Shown here piece by piece: positions 11,435 to 20,303 of a stretch of DNA of 28,809 bases (position 1 is the first letter of the stretch; each line of letters begins with the position of its first letter). Under the pieces are notes generated by a model that did not search any database, was not told the origin of the DNA, and saw only the letters and a list, made by a program, of their open reading frames with translations. The stretch comes from an archaeon (GTDB lineage: Archaea > Asgardarchaeota > Heimdallarchaeia > Heimdallarchaeales > Heimdallarchaeaceae): the NCBI GenBank assembly GCA_030631995.1, contig DAOVKB010000007.1, positions 1 to 28,809 of the forward strand, read 5' to 3'. The position numbers and the translations under genes are program-made.

Positions 11435-12545
11435 ATCTCAGCAGACAGGAAACCCATTTAGGAGAATAAGCTATATTTCACCCATATCGGAAATTGTATC
11501 TGTTTCTTTTAAGAAAACATCTGGTATTAGAAGAAAATCATCAAAAAAACGTCAAACTCGAGAAGAGAAAATAGCAGAAGCTGAAAAAGAAAGAATATCT
11601 ATCTTATCACTTGAAATGACAAATAGATTAGATAGAATTGTCAACCAATTTCCATGGATTGACGATATTCATCCTTTTTACTTTGAAATATGTAATTTAA
11701 TTGGAAATGTCGACAAAATAAGAAAAGTTCTGGGTAGGTTAGGAGGAATATCGCAGAAAATCAAAGATATAGAAAGAGAACAACTTGTCAAATTGTATCA
11801 AACAGAACATCCACTCGAAATGGCAAAGATTCGAAGAGAAACAGGAGGAAGATTTGCTTCTCTTATCAAAAAAGCTGAAGGGGATGTAAAATACTTGATT
11901 AGAACAGTAAAAAAACTAAAGACATTCCCAGATTTCAATGTTTTACTACCAACTATAGTTATTGCTGGTGCCCCCAATGTAGGAAAATCATCACTTGTGA
12001 GAGAGATCTCTTCTGGTATCCCAGAGGTAGGGGAGTATCCTTTTACAACCAAGCAGATTGTTTTCGGTCATAGAGAGTATGAGTTCATGAAGATTCAAAT
12101 TGTGGATACTCCAGGGATATTAGATAGACCAATAAGAGAAAGGAGTATGATAGAACGTCAGAGCATTGCAACAATTCGATATGTTTCCGATATTATTGTA
12201 TTTATGTTTGATGTATCCAAAGATGCAGCAATTCCAATGAATGAGCAGTTGAATCTTGTTGAAGAAATAACTAATGAATTTCCTGATACACCTATTATAA
12301 AAGTACTCAACAAAATTGATCTTATCACCGAAAAGGAGAAGGAGAATGTTTCAAGAGATTTACAGATAGAATTTCAAATCTCTCTGAAGAATAAAATAGG
12401 AATAAAAGAACTAGCTGAAAAACTAGAAGAATTAACTAAAAAAATTATTAAAGAATCGGAAAAATTCAGACAAGCGTTTGACATTACTATATCAGAAGAA
12501 TACTTGCCAGTTGATAAAAATGAAGAAATAGACTATGAGATTTAA
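11427..12545 (+). CDS. Nog1-like GTP-binding protein (NOG1 N-terminal helical domain plus TRAFAC GTPase)
   Basis: G1 GAPNVGKSS, G3 DTPGILDRP, G4 LNKIDL. TTG start at 11427 is preceded by GAGGAGGA (11414-11421). It overlaps the trpS stop by 8 nt. Confidence 0.85.
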   Translation: MNKSQQTGNPFRRISYISPISEIVSVSFKKTSGIRRKSSKKRQTREEKIAEAEKERISILSLEMTNRLDRIVNQFPWIDDIHPFYFEICNLIGNVDKIRKVLGRLGGISQKIKDIEREQLVKLYQTEHPLEMAKIRRETGGRFASLIKKAEGDVKYLIRTVKKLKTFPDFNVLLPTIVIAGAPNVGKSSLVREISSGIPEVGEYPFTTKQIVFGHREYEFMKIQIVDTPGILDRPIRERSMIERQSIATIRYVSDIIVFMFDVSKDAAIPMNEQLNLVEEITNEFPDTPIIKVLNKIDLITEKEKENVSRDLQIEFQISLKNKIGIKELAEKLEELTKKIIKESEKFRQAFDITISEEYLPVDKNEEIDYEI

Positions 12546-12572
12546 TTTTATAGTCTATTAAAGAAAATTATT

Positions 12573-13313
12573 TCAGACAAACATTCCTTTATCCGAATCA
12601 TTTTCTCTTTCTGTAGATCTGCTAGCTTTTATGAGTGATTCAATTTCCTTCTCTATCCTTTCTGCTTCTTCTAGCAATTCCTTCACATTTACACCAATAT
12701 CCAACAGATGATTTATCTTCTCAACAGCAACACTTGCAGCGATTGGATCAGGCCTTGATCTTTCCGCATATGGTAATAGTGAAACTGCAGGAAATGAATT
12801 TAATTCATAGAACATTAGCATATAAGCTAGAGGTCCTGTAACATATAATCCTTCATTTAAAATTGGAACGCTTGAGTCTTTCTTTTTGTCTAAATAAGCG
12901 TTGGTGTATATGGCTTTCATGTTGTGATCATCTTCCAATCGTTTATCTAAACCACCAACAAGTATGGATTGCTCAAATTTCTCTTCTATAGACCAATCTA
13001 CTATTCGCTTTGTGAATTTCAAATGTTCAGATTTTATAGGTTCAAATATAGGTAAAATTACTACTACATTGTCTTTTCTGTAAATCTCAAAGGGAAATGT
13101 TATTTGTTCATTTTTTATTGTTATAAATTGTGGGATATTATTGGTAATTATGAAACCAATTCGTTCAGCTTTTAGATTATCAACTATGTGACTCATCGAA
13201 ATAAAACCACATTCACCTATCCCGTGCCAACCATTAAGCAGGGTACAACCCTCAAAATTTTGAGGACTCTTGAAAATGAATTCAACGTCCTCATAGACTT
13301 TTTTAGATTCCAT
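12573..13313 (-). CDS. PAC2-family protein (proteasome assembly chaperone-like)
   Basis: 246 aa. N-terminal LLNGWHGIGECGFIS (the G-x-G-x-x-G-like block of PAC2 proteins) and C-terminal RPDPIAASVAVEKINHLLDIGVNVKELLEEAERIEKEIE, typical of archaeal PAC2 members. AAGGAGAT SD. Confidence 0.7.
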   Translation of the reverse strand: MESKKVYEDVEFIFKSPQNFEGCTLLNGWHGIGECGFISMSHIVDNLKAERIGFIITNNIPQFITIKNEQITFPFEIYRKDNVVVILPIFEPIKSEHLKFTKRIVDWSIEEKFEQSILVGGLDKRLEDDHNMKAIYTNAYLDKKKDSSVPILNEGLYVTGPLAYMLMFYELNSFPAVSLLPYAERSRPDPIAASVAVEKINHLLDIGVNVKELLEEAERIEKEIESLIKASRSTERENDSDKGMFV

Positions 13314-13390
13314 TTTAATCTCCTTTAGTACAAATTAACCTTATTATTTTTAATGACTAAGTTCTTTCATAGTTTAAGAAAATAGGCAAA

Positions 13391-14125
13391 TTATGTCTTG
13401 CCTCTTCTTCTTCCACTTCTTCTAGCAGCAATTAACCCAACTTTTCTACCAGGTTGAGCATGTCTTGATACAGTAGTTGAACGAGGTGGACTTTGGTGAG
13501 CACCGCCGCCATGTGGATGAGATACTGCATTCATTGCTACTCCTCTTACTTTTGGATAATAGTGACCTTTTGCTTTTTTATGGTGATGTTTAGTTCCTGC
13601 TTTTACAAATGGTCTTTCTGTTCTTCCACCACCAGCAACAATGCCTATTGTAGCTCTGCACCTCTGTGGGATTTCTTTCATTTCTCCACTTGGTAATTGC
13701 AAAGTAACTTTTCCTTTATCACGACCTAAAATAGTTGCATAACCACCACTTGATCTAATTAAACGACCTCCATCACCTGGTGTTAGCTCAATATTGAAAA
13801 CAGGTGATCCGTCTGGAATAGATTGTAAAGGTATTGTGCTTCCAAGACCTATGGTAGCAGTTGCACCATATTCTATAATTTGACCAACTCTTAAACCTTC
13901 AGAAGGCAAAATTATTTTCTTCAAACCATCTTCAAAAAGAACTACAGCTACAGGTGCCCCTCTTCCTGGATCATGTACAATATCTTTAATTTCTCCAGTT
14001 ATTTTTTCACTGTATTCTATTTTAGAAATTTTCCTATATTTAACGCTACCTTTCTTTTTATGAGATGCAGCTCGGAACTGTGAAGTTCCTCTACCTCTTC
14101 TTTGAACTAATATTTTCTTACCCAT
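13391..14125 (-). CDS. rpl2: 50S ribosomal protein uL2
   Basis: GRGAPVAVV..GGRTERPFVKAG..GVAMNAVSHPHGGG core. I prefer ATG 14125 (MGKKIL) with AGGTGA 5 nt upstream; the track uses GTG 14134. Confidence 0.96.
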   Translation of the reverse strand: MGKKILVQRRGRGTSQFRAASHKKKGSVKYRKISKIEYSEKITGEIKDIVHDPGRGAPVAVVLFEDGLKKIILPSEGLRVGQIIEYGATATIGLGSTIPLQSIPDGSPVFNIELTPGDGGRLIRSSGGYATILGRDKGKVTLQLPSGEMKEIPQRCRATIGIVAGGGRTERPFVKAGTKHHHKKAKGHYYPKVRGVAMNAVSHPHGGGAHQSPPRSTTVSRHAQPGRKVGLIAARRSGRRRGKT

Positions 14126-14138
14126 CTTAATCACCTAC

Positions 14139-14399
14139 TTAGAATAGCCCCATCCTTGAAGCAATATCTGCTGCATCATCAAAATCACTTAATCTGACGT
14201 ATGCTTTCTTTTGTCCTTTTGGTGTAATCAGAGTATTCACACTTTCTACTTTTACGTTGTATAGTTTTTCAATTGCTTCCCTTATTTGTTTTTTAGTAGC
14301 CCTTAGATTTACTTCAATCACTAATTTATTTTCTTTTTCGATAAGCTCGAACGCTTTTTCCGAAATTAGTGGTTTCTTAATTACTTGATATGGATCCAT
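14139..14399 (-). CDS. rpl23: 50S ribosomal protein uL23
   Basis: 86 aa. ISEKAFELIEKENKLVIEVNLRATKKQIREAIEKLYNVKV. Its start overlaps the uL4 stop (TAATG). Confidence 0.93.
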   Translation of the reverse strand: MDPYQVIKKPLISEKAFELIEKENKLVIEVNLRATKKQIREAIEKLYNVKVESVNTLITPKGQKKAYVRLSDFDDAADIASRMGLF

Positions 14400-15190
14400 T
14401 ATTTATCACCGAACCTTTCATTTAGAGCTTTAATAGCTTCTTCCGTCCAGATAGTTAGTCTCCCAGGATGAGTGCCTGGTGCCAAAAGTTCTGTTGTCAA
14501 TTTGTTGACATTAACGATCTGAGTTCCCAAAACATTCCTTCCTGCTTTAATTATTGAACTTTCATCGTTACTTACCACAATTAATGGACCTACTGGGACC
14601 TTGTATTTTCTCCCTCTTCCTTTTCCTTTTCCTGAACGGATTTTCTTTCCCAGTTTTACTCTCATCAAATCAAGTGATAATCCTAATTTTTCTAAGAGTG
14701 TTATTACATCTTTTGTTTTTTCAATTTCTTCAGCTTTAGATTCAACGATTATTGGAAATTCAATTTTTCCCTCAAATCTATGTCCTCGTAGAATGATGGC
14801 TTCTTTATTTGCAGTATAAGCGATTGCTGATTTAAGAGCCAATAAGTGTTCTTTTCTATTTATTTTTTCAATTATCCTTTTTTCAGATCTAGGAGGATGC
14901 GCTCTATGCCCCCCTCTTGCTTGAGGGATAAATGCGGTTCTTTGAGCACTGTGTGTACCAGATCCTTTCATTCTAGGAACTCTGGCTACACCCCTACCTG
15001 GACCCCAATTATCAACAGACACTAATTTTCCTGCTTGAGGACTTACTCCTTTTGGTTGTCTTTTCCAGCTTTGTTCAGCTAAAACTGCTCTTTTAATAAT
15101 ATCAGGTCTTAGTGGAGTTTGAAACACATTTGGTAATTCCAATTTTTCACTTGTTTTTTGACCTTTAATTGAATATAATGATATACCCAT
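14399..15190 (-). CDS. rpl4: 50S ribosomal protein uL4
   Basis: 263 aa. GPGRGVARVPRMKGSGTHSAQRTAFIPQARGGHRAHPP. GAGGAG SD. Confidence 0.95.
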   Translation of the reverse strand: MGISLYSIKGQKTSEKLELPNVFQTPLRPDIIKRAVLAEQSWKRQPKGVSPQAGKLVSVDNWGPGRGVARVPRMKGSGTHSAQRTAFIPQARGGHRAHPPRSEKRIIEKINRKEHLLALKSAIAYTANKEAIILRGHRFEGKIEFPIIVESKAEEIEKTKDVITLLEKLGLSLDLMRVKLGKKIRSGKGKGRGRKYKVPVGPLIVVSNDESSIIKAGRNVLGTQIVNVNKLTTELLAPGTHPGRLTIWTEEAIKALNERFGDK

Positions 15191-15206
15191 TTTTATCTCC
15201 TCAATT

Positions 15207-16208
15207 CTAACCTTGCTGACTCTTTGTTGAAACAGAGAGTATTTGTGGCTCCTTTTCAGGCTGTGGTGATTTTCTCATCGGGGTTCTTAGTAAAATTGTT
15301 CTTTTCTTAGTCCCAGGGATGGATCCCTTGAGTAAAACATAATTGTTTTTTACTATTCCATATTTAACAAATCCTCCATCAGGAACAATTTGTGTTCCAT
15401 CTGAGCCTATTTGCATAACTCTTTTGTTATACTCTGTTCTAACATGAAAACCCATTTGTCCGTATCTAGGTATTGTCCACATTGTTCGTGCAGGAGTCCA
15501 AGGACCAATTGAGCCTACACCTCTTTTGGTTCCCTTTGATTTATGTTGTAAAATCTTTACTCCATGTCTTTTAACTGGACCTTGAAAGCCCTTACCTTTA
15601 GTTACACCTACAGAATCAACAAATTCTCCTGTCTTGAATACATCTCTAATTAGTATTTCTTTTCCTAAAAGAGACATTCCATATTCGAATCCTTCTTTAA
15701 TATCAGAGCATCCAATTTTGATTTCCGCTATATTAGGAGTTTTCATACCTATTCCTGTTAAATATGGCTGAGTATGAACTACAGCTCTAAGTTCTACAAT
15801 TTTTTCTAGCTGTTTTTCAAAATTCTTTTGTGTTTTTTTGAAATCATACTTCTTTGGAGGTTTTACTCTTCTACTTAACTCCTCTTTAGTCTCTATTGTT
15901 TGAATATCACCAACAATTTTCAAACCATAAGGTGTTTTAGCATAACCACGTAAACCAAAAACCACCATAGGTGGTGCTTCAACACAAGTCACAGCAACCG
16001 TTACTTCTCTGTTAACGAGATGGCTGCGAGGTTTATCTTCAATATATATACAATGAGTCATCCCTGCCTTAAATCCAAGAAATCCTAATAACTTGGGTGC
16101 ACCCTCGTATTTTTGCCAAGCCCGAGGTGCAGGGACTATTCTCTTTGCTCTTACCCTTCGATATCCCAATGATGATCGATGGGGAGCACTTACCCGTCTA
16201 TGCCCCAT
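15207..16208 (-). CDS. rpl3: 50S ribosomal protein uL3
   Basis: 333 aa. FLGFKAGMTHCIYIED..GVTKGKGFQGPVKRHG..GQMGFHVRTEYNKRV. Confidence 0.95.
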   Translation of the reverse strand: MGHRRVSAPHRSSLGYRRVRAKRIVPAPRAWQKYEGAPKLLGFLGFKAGMTHCIYIEDKPRSHLVNREVTVAVTCVEAPPMVVFGLRGYAKTPYGLKIVGDIQTIETKEELSRRVKPPKKYDFKKTQKNFEKQLEKIVELRAVVHTQPYLTGIGMKTPNIAEIKIGCSDIKEGFEYGMSLLGKEILIRDVFKTGEFVDSVGVTKGKGFQGPVKRHGVKILQHKSKGTKRGVGSIGPWTPARTMWTIPRYGQMGFHVRTEYNKRVMQIGSDGTQIVPDGGFVKYGIVKNNYVLLKGSIPGTKKRTILLRTPMRKSPQPEKEPQILSVSTKSQQG

Positions 16209-16366
16209 TATGCATCACTTTACTCTTCAATTTTTTAAGTTGTTTTACTTTAACTCTTTCTTACGATTTTGAGCAGTTTATGCTCCTTAAAGTTGTATTC
16301 CAACTTTTTTAACCTCATATAAATATGTCGTTAAGAAAGAATTTATTCTAGTACTATCTTAGAAAC

Positions 16367-17404
16367 CTATAGACTCTTTATGGTAAGGGAATAGTGATTG
16401 ACCTCTTTTTTGATTGTAATCGATTTTTTAAAGAATTTTTTAATTAATTCAATGTTCGTTTTTGTATGATTCGATATTTCGTCTGCTGTTATTTCAGAAT
16501 TATCGTCAACTAATGCCATTGGAACTATAAGTTGATCTGTTGCATGAATATCAATCGCTCCAGTGTTTTTTTCCATTTTCTTCCATTTTGAGCTACAAAT
16601 TTCTCCAACTCGCTCTGCAGAGAGATGTTTTTCCCCTGGGACAAAATTTCCTTTTCTAGAACCATTCGAATATTGGTTTACTATAGTTAAACCAGAACCT
16701 GGGCTGATGCTATCAACATATTTGATTATCGGAGTAACTTCAACACGTGGATTTGTATTTTTGATAAATGAATTAAGTTGCCTTTCAGCAACTTTTCTAC
16801 TTTTAAGACTCATAGAAGCTGTAGAATATGCATTAATTCCCTCTAATTCTCCTCTTTCAGCTAAAATAAGAGGTAAGGGGTTTTCATTTTTATTATATTT
16901 GACAATAATATCAGCTCCCCCCTTTGGAAAGAAGCCAAATTTGCGGTGTTCTGTATATATTTGCTTATTCATAAGTTTCAATAAAACATGAGTTACATTC
17001 GTCAAATATTCTAAGGAAGGTGCCCATTTTCCATGCGTTGCACCCCCTTTTATTTTCAATTTGATGTTTCTTTTCTGAATAAATGAATAATAGGATACTG
17101 CCTGTGAAACTAATGAAATACTTCCCGCTGTCCGAATATTTACTAAGGCTTCATCTTTTGGCTTATATCCCTCCTCTATATTTACTGTTTGACTTCCTAT
17201 CTTTGCTCCCTCTACAGACATTCCAGACAATTGTTGTAAAGCATTAATGGCTTCTAGATGCTGAGCTCTTAAACCAGGATTGGATCGTTTTGCTCTTATA
17301 TTTATAAGTTTTAAAGAATTATTTGTCAGAGCTGCTAAAGCAACAGAGATTCTTACAATAGAACCTCCACCCTCACCCATGGAACAATCAATTACTTTTG
17401 TCAT
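16367..17404 (-). CDS. rtcA: RNA 3'-terminal phosphate cyclase
   Basis: 345 aa. IDCSMGEGGGSIVRISVALAAL..IRAKRSNPGLRAQHL and the C-terminal IDIHATDQLIVPMAL, which contains the catalytic His context. Confidence 0.88.
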   Translation of the reverse strand: MTKVIDCSMGEGGGSIVRISVALAALTNNSLKLINIRAKRSNPGLRAQHLEAINALQQLSGMSVEGAKIGSQTVNIEEGYKPKDEALVNIRTAGSISLVSQAVSYYSFIQKRNIKLKIKGGATHGKWAPSLEYLTNVTHVLLKLMNKQIYTEHRKFGFFPKGGADIIVKYNKNENPLPLILAERGELEGINAYSTASMSLKSRKVAERQLNSFIKNTNPRVEVTPIIKYVDSISPGSGLTIVNQYSNGSRKGNFVPGEKHLSAERVGEICSSKWKKMEKNTGAIDIHATDQLIVPMALVDDNSEITADEISNHTKTNIELIKKFFKKSITIKKEVNHYSLTIKSL

Positions 17405-17439
17405 AAGATGTATATAGAAAGAAGTAAAAGAAAAAAAAG

Positions 17440-17844
17440 TTATCGATAAGATTTTTGAAATCTTGATCTTGAACTACGTCCCCCAAAGTGCTTTGGTTCA
17501 GTTCTTCTTGGGTCTCCAGAAACTATTGTTTTATCATAAAGAACAAACTTTTCCTTCAAGCTTGTGTCTTCAAAATATTCTATTAATCCTCTTGCAATAG
17601 CAGTTCTAATAGCCTCAGCTTGACCCATAAATCCTCCTCCTCTTACTTTTACTTTAATATCGAGTGCTTCTCTTCTGTCTGCACCTGCTAAAATAAAAAT
17701 CTCATTGATTTTTACTCTACTTAATTCATTTGATAGAATTTCAAGAGGAACACCGTTGATTCTTATCCTGCCTTTTCCTTCTTTTATTGTTGCTCGTGCA
17801 ATCGCGGTTTTTCTTTTTCCAGAAGATACAATAACTTTTCCCAT
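17440..17844 (-). CDS. rps9: 30S ribosomal protein uS9
   Basis: [57 protein letters not shown] prefer ATG 17844 with AGGTGA 5 nt upstream; the track uses GTG 17853. Confidence 0.95.
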   Translation of the reverse strand: MGKVIVSSGKRKTAIARATIKEGKGRIRINGVPLEILSNELSRVKINEIFILAGADRREALDIKVKVRGGGFMGQAEAIRTAIARGLIEYFEDTSLKEKFVLYDKTIVSGDPRRTEPKHFGGRSSRSRFQKSYR

Positions 17845-17859
17845 CTTTTTCACCTAAAT

Positions 17860-18330
17860 TTATTCTTCCCAACCAAATTCTTTGCAGAGTTCACCGACTG
17901 TAACCTTTTTACAGTTTAATTTATCAGAATCAGCGAATCTTGGTTTTATTATCTCGGCACCTTTGAAATCCTCAGGTACTCCTATAAAGGTCATTAGTCT
18001 GTGATAAGCAGCTTTTCCTTTGCTTTTCTTCCAAGGAAGCATTCCTCTAACAGTCTTTCTTACTAATCTATCCGGTCTTTTAGGATGAAATGGTCCTCTT
18101 CTAGGATTTGTGTGAGTGTGTATCTTTTGAATATCTCTATATTCACTTAAAATTGAATGCTTTTTCCCAGAAATTATAGCTTTTTCACAGTTGACAATAT
18201 TAACTGAACTTCCTTCAAGAAGGTATTTAGCTACTTCTGAGCATAGTCTTCCTAAAATAGCATTTTCTGCGTCAATATAAAGTTTAGGAGCAGATACTTG
18301 AAGTTCTACACTCTTAATGTTCTTTGACAT
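17860..18330 (-). CDS. rpl13: 50S ribosomal protein uL13
   Basis: 156 aa. IDAENAILGRLCSEVAKYLLEG..NPRRGPFHPKRPDRLVRKTVRGMLP. Confidence 0.94.
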   Translation of the reverse strand: MSKNIKSVELQVSAPKLYIDAENAILGRLCSEVAKYLLEGSSVNIVNCEKAIISGKKHSILSEYRDIQKIHTHTNPRRGPFHPKRPDRLVRKTVRGMLPWKKSKGKAAYHRLMTFIGVPEDFKGAEIIKPRFADSDKLNCKKVTVGELCKEFGWEE

Positions 18331-18344
18331 CTTGTTTACCTCTT

Positions 18345-18710
18345 CTAAATAATAATCTTAATTTTCTTTGCAGCATGTTTAGAATCTACCAGTTCTTGAA
18401 TTGAGATGAATTTGCTGCTAGCTGCTTGAATTTTCTCTTTTGCACCTTCAGAGAACTTTAATGCAGCGATTGTAACTGAATGATCTAAAGAACCAGAACT
18501 CAAAACCGAGCCTGGCACTACCACTATATCATTTGCTTTTGTATGTCTGTTAATTTTACTGAGATTGGTTGTAGCTCTTTGCCGTCTCGATTTTTCCAAT
18601 CTCTCTGCTACAGTCTTCCATAAAGCAGTTTTAGTTTCTGCGGATTTCTTTTTTAAATTGTTAATTAAATTAACTAAATTTGGATCAGTTGTTCCAGTTC
18701 TTTTTGGCAT
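18345..18710 (-). CDS. rpl18e: 50S ribosomal protein eL18 (L18e)
   Basis: 121 aa. TDPNLVNLINNLKKKS..LWKTVAERLEKSRRQRATTNLSKINRHTK..VVVPGSVLSSGSLDHSVTIAALKFSEGAKEKI. Confidence 0.92.
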   Translation of the reverse strand: MPKRTGTTDPNLVNLINNLKKKSAETKTALWKTVAERLEKSRRQRATTNLSKINRHTKANDIVVVPGSVLSSGSLDHSVTIAALKFSEGAKEKIQAASSKFISIQELVDSKHAAKKIKIII

Positions 18711-18722
18711 TTCCAGTTCACT

Positions 18723-19556
18723 CTACTTTACTTTTTCTTCTTCTGTTAATGTTGTTTCCAAACTCTTTTTTAATTCGTCGATTTTGGAGAGAATTACATC
18801 TCCAGCATCTGCTAGAACAGCTGATGGCCCTTTACCCCCAGTTGTTGTAAATGAAAAAATTACCTTGTTTGAATCTTTCTTAATTGTAATTGCCCCTGGT
18901 TCACAGAAATCAATACAATAATTACATAGAGTACAATTAAGAGGATTTGCTACTTGTACTTCATCATCAATTTTCTGGTAAACACCAGTATAACATGCAT
19001 CTATGCAATCTAAACATTTGGTACATTTATCCTTATTGATTTTAGGGATGGGAAACTCTTGATAGCCCATTGCTGATACAGGTTGCCATTTTGCATGTTC
19101 TTTTCCAATTCCAAGCTGAGCCATGCATTCAAGTTCTAACGCTTGATTTGGCCCTAACTTAACAAGGGGGATAGTAGCACTAATGGGTTCAACCCCCTCT
19201 TGTGTAGATGCAAGATCTCCACTATAAGCAACGGATGATGTTTGATTATCGGTTTCTTTTGAAAGAGTCAAAGTAACTGTGCACAAGTTGCACCCTATAC
19301 CCCCGCAATCGCATTTGTCTCTGAAATTTAATTCAAGTTTCTTTGGATCATATTTTAGGGGAATCAGTCCCAATCTGTGTGCTATAAATTCATCAAATAG
19401 GGGTGACGTGTTTCTTAAAACATAAACATCTTCTATAACAAGAGATGGAACATCCGCTAATGATGTTCTTCTAATTGCATTTGCAAACGCCAATGACACA
19501 TCCGATAAGATGAATTTGATGGAATTAGGAAATAATTCAATAAGTTCAATATCCAT
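18723..19556 (-). CDS. rpoD: DNA-directed RNA polymerase subunit D (Rpo3) with Rpb3-like Cys loop and ferredoxin-like 2x CxxCxxCxxxC insert
   Basis: 277 aa. FANAIRRTSLADVPSLVIEDV N-terminal dimerisation domain. CDCGGIGCNLC, CTKCLDCIDAC and CTLCNYCIDFCEPG motifs. Confidence 0.93.
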   Translation of the reverse strand: MDIELIELFPNSIKFILSDVSLAFANAIRRTSLADVPSLVIEDVYVLRNTSPLFDEFIAHRLGLIPLKYDPKKLELNFRDKCDCGGIGCNLCTVTLTLSKETDNQTSSVAYSGDLASTQEGVEPISATIPLVKLGPNQALELECMAQLGIGKEHAKWQPVSAMGYQEFPIPKINKDKCTKCLDCIDACYTGVYQKIDDEVQVANPLNCTLCNYCIDFCEPGAITIKKDSNKVIFSFTTTGGKGPSAVLADAGDVILSKIDELKKSLETTLTEEEKVK

Positions 19557-19600
19557 TACAACACCCGATTAAGGTTAATACTATATCGCTTCCGAGTTTA

Positions 19601-19617
19601 ATTATAAAAAAGGTTTT
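19601..19617 (-). promoter_or_regulatory. Candidate BRE/TATA for the rpoD-led minus-strand operon (AAAACCTTTTTTATAAT on the minus strand)
   Basis: Lies about 50-60 nt upstream of the rpoD ATG (19556) and resembles the other AAAG/TTTTTAT motifs in the window. Confidence 0.35.
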
Positions 19618-19759
19618 CCATGTTCAAGTCTTTTTAATAGAATCTTCGGAAAAGAAAGTTTGTTCATATATACCATAAGGAAAATAAAAAGTAATTTTTA
19701 TTCCGAAAAATTTGTTTTGTGGAGTTTTTATAATTATATTAGGATATAAACTGAGAATT

Positions 19760-19936
19760 ATGCTGATGTTTTCAAAAATAATCAACTGTTTCAGAATTAA
19801 GGGGAAAAGGGGATCCCCAATATTAGAGGAAATATTACTCATAGGTATTGCGATTCTTATTTTTGCTATTATTTTTGGTTTAATTTTTAATTTAATAGAC
19901 TGGACTACTAATTCCCTCGGAGATTTCTTTAGTTGA
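19760..19936 (+). CDS. Small class-III-signal (type IV prepilin-like) protein, about 58 aa
   Basis: MLMFSKIINCFRIKGKRG|SPILEEILLIGIAILIFAIIFGLIFNLIDW... A basic n-region ends in KRG, followed by E at +5, L at +9 and a 20+ residue hydrophobic helix. This is the pattern of archaeal Class_III signal / Flp-like mini-pilins (QxSxExxxL family). I chose an internal ATG of track ORF 19712..19936 as the start. Confidence 0.5.
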   Translation: MLMFSKIINCFRIKGKRGSPILEEILLIGIAILIFAIIFGLIFNLIDWTTNSLGDFFS

Positions 19937-19997
19937 GTTCTATTACAAATTGTATCCTATTTTTATAACAAGAAGTAATCAAAATAGAATCGATAGA

Positions 19998-20082
19998 TGG
20001 TGCGGAGAGGGAGATTCGAACTCCCGAACCACTAAGGACTAGATCCTCATTCTAGCGCCTTTGACCACTCGGCAATCTCCAC
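19998..20082 (-). tRNA. tRNA-Leu (anticodon GAG), class II with long variable arm, CCA encoded
   Basis: Minus-strand fold. Acceptor GUGGAGA/UCUCCGC. Anticodon stem CUAGA/UCUAG with loop AUGAGGA. Long variable arm. T arm GGGAG-UUCGAAU-CUCCC. Discriminator A then CCA. Confidence 0.88.
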
Positions 20083-20109
20083 ATATTTTGTACAAGACCC
20101 ATACTATGG

Positions 20110-20123
20110 ATTTTTAACTTTAT
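20110..20123 (-). promoter_or_regulatory. Candidate BRE/TATA for tRNA-Leu (AAAGTTAAAAAT on the minus strand)
   Basis: Centred about 34 nt upstream of the tRNA 5' end. Same motif and spacing as the tRNA-Ala candidate. Confidence 0.4.
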
Positions 20124-20291
20124 CGGCAGATGTTTCATAGCAAGAGCAGGTAATTTATCCACTTCAAACACTTGCAAATGTAATAAATGGTTTTGAAATA
20201 AAGAAAACTGTAGAATAGAGGTAATTAAACTTCGTACTAAAGTGAAAGTAAAAGTGAGATTCTAAATCACTTTCAGAGATGTCTGTCTAGT

Positions 20292-20303
20292 AAGTATAAA
20301 TAG
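20292..20303 (+). promoter_or_regulatory. Candidate TATA box for orc1/cdc6 (AAGTATAAATAG)
   Basis: About 35 nt upstream of ATG 20334. GAGG lies 6 nt before that ATG. Confidence 0.35.

Noticed and set aside
19624-19842. 72-aa minus-strand ORF overlapping the mini-pilin gene.
   Set aside because: The translation has no signal, motif or SD. The plus-strand frame gives a coherent class III signal-peptide architecture, so the minus ORF is more likely the shadow.
19937-19997. 7-bp inverted repeat TTCTATT / AATAGAA with a loop of about 40 nt, downstream of the mini-pilin gene and of tRNA-Leu.
   Set aside because: A short AT-only stem with a very long loop would be thermodynamically negligible and is expected by chance in AT-rich spacers.
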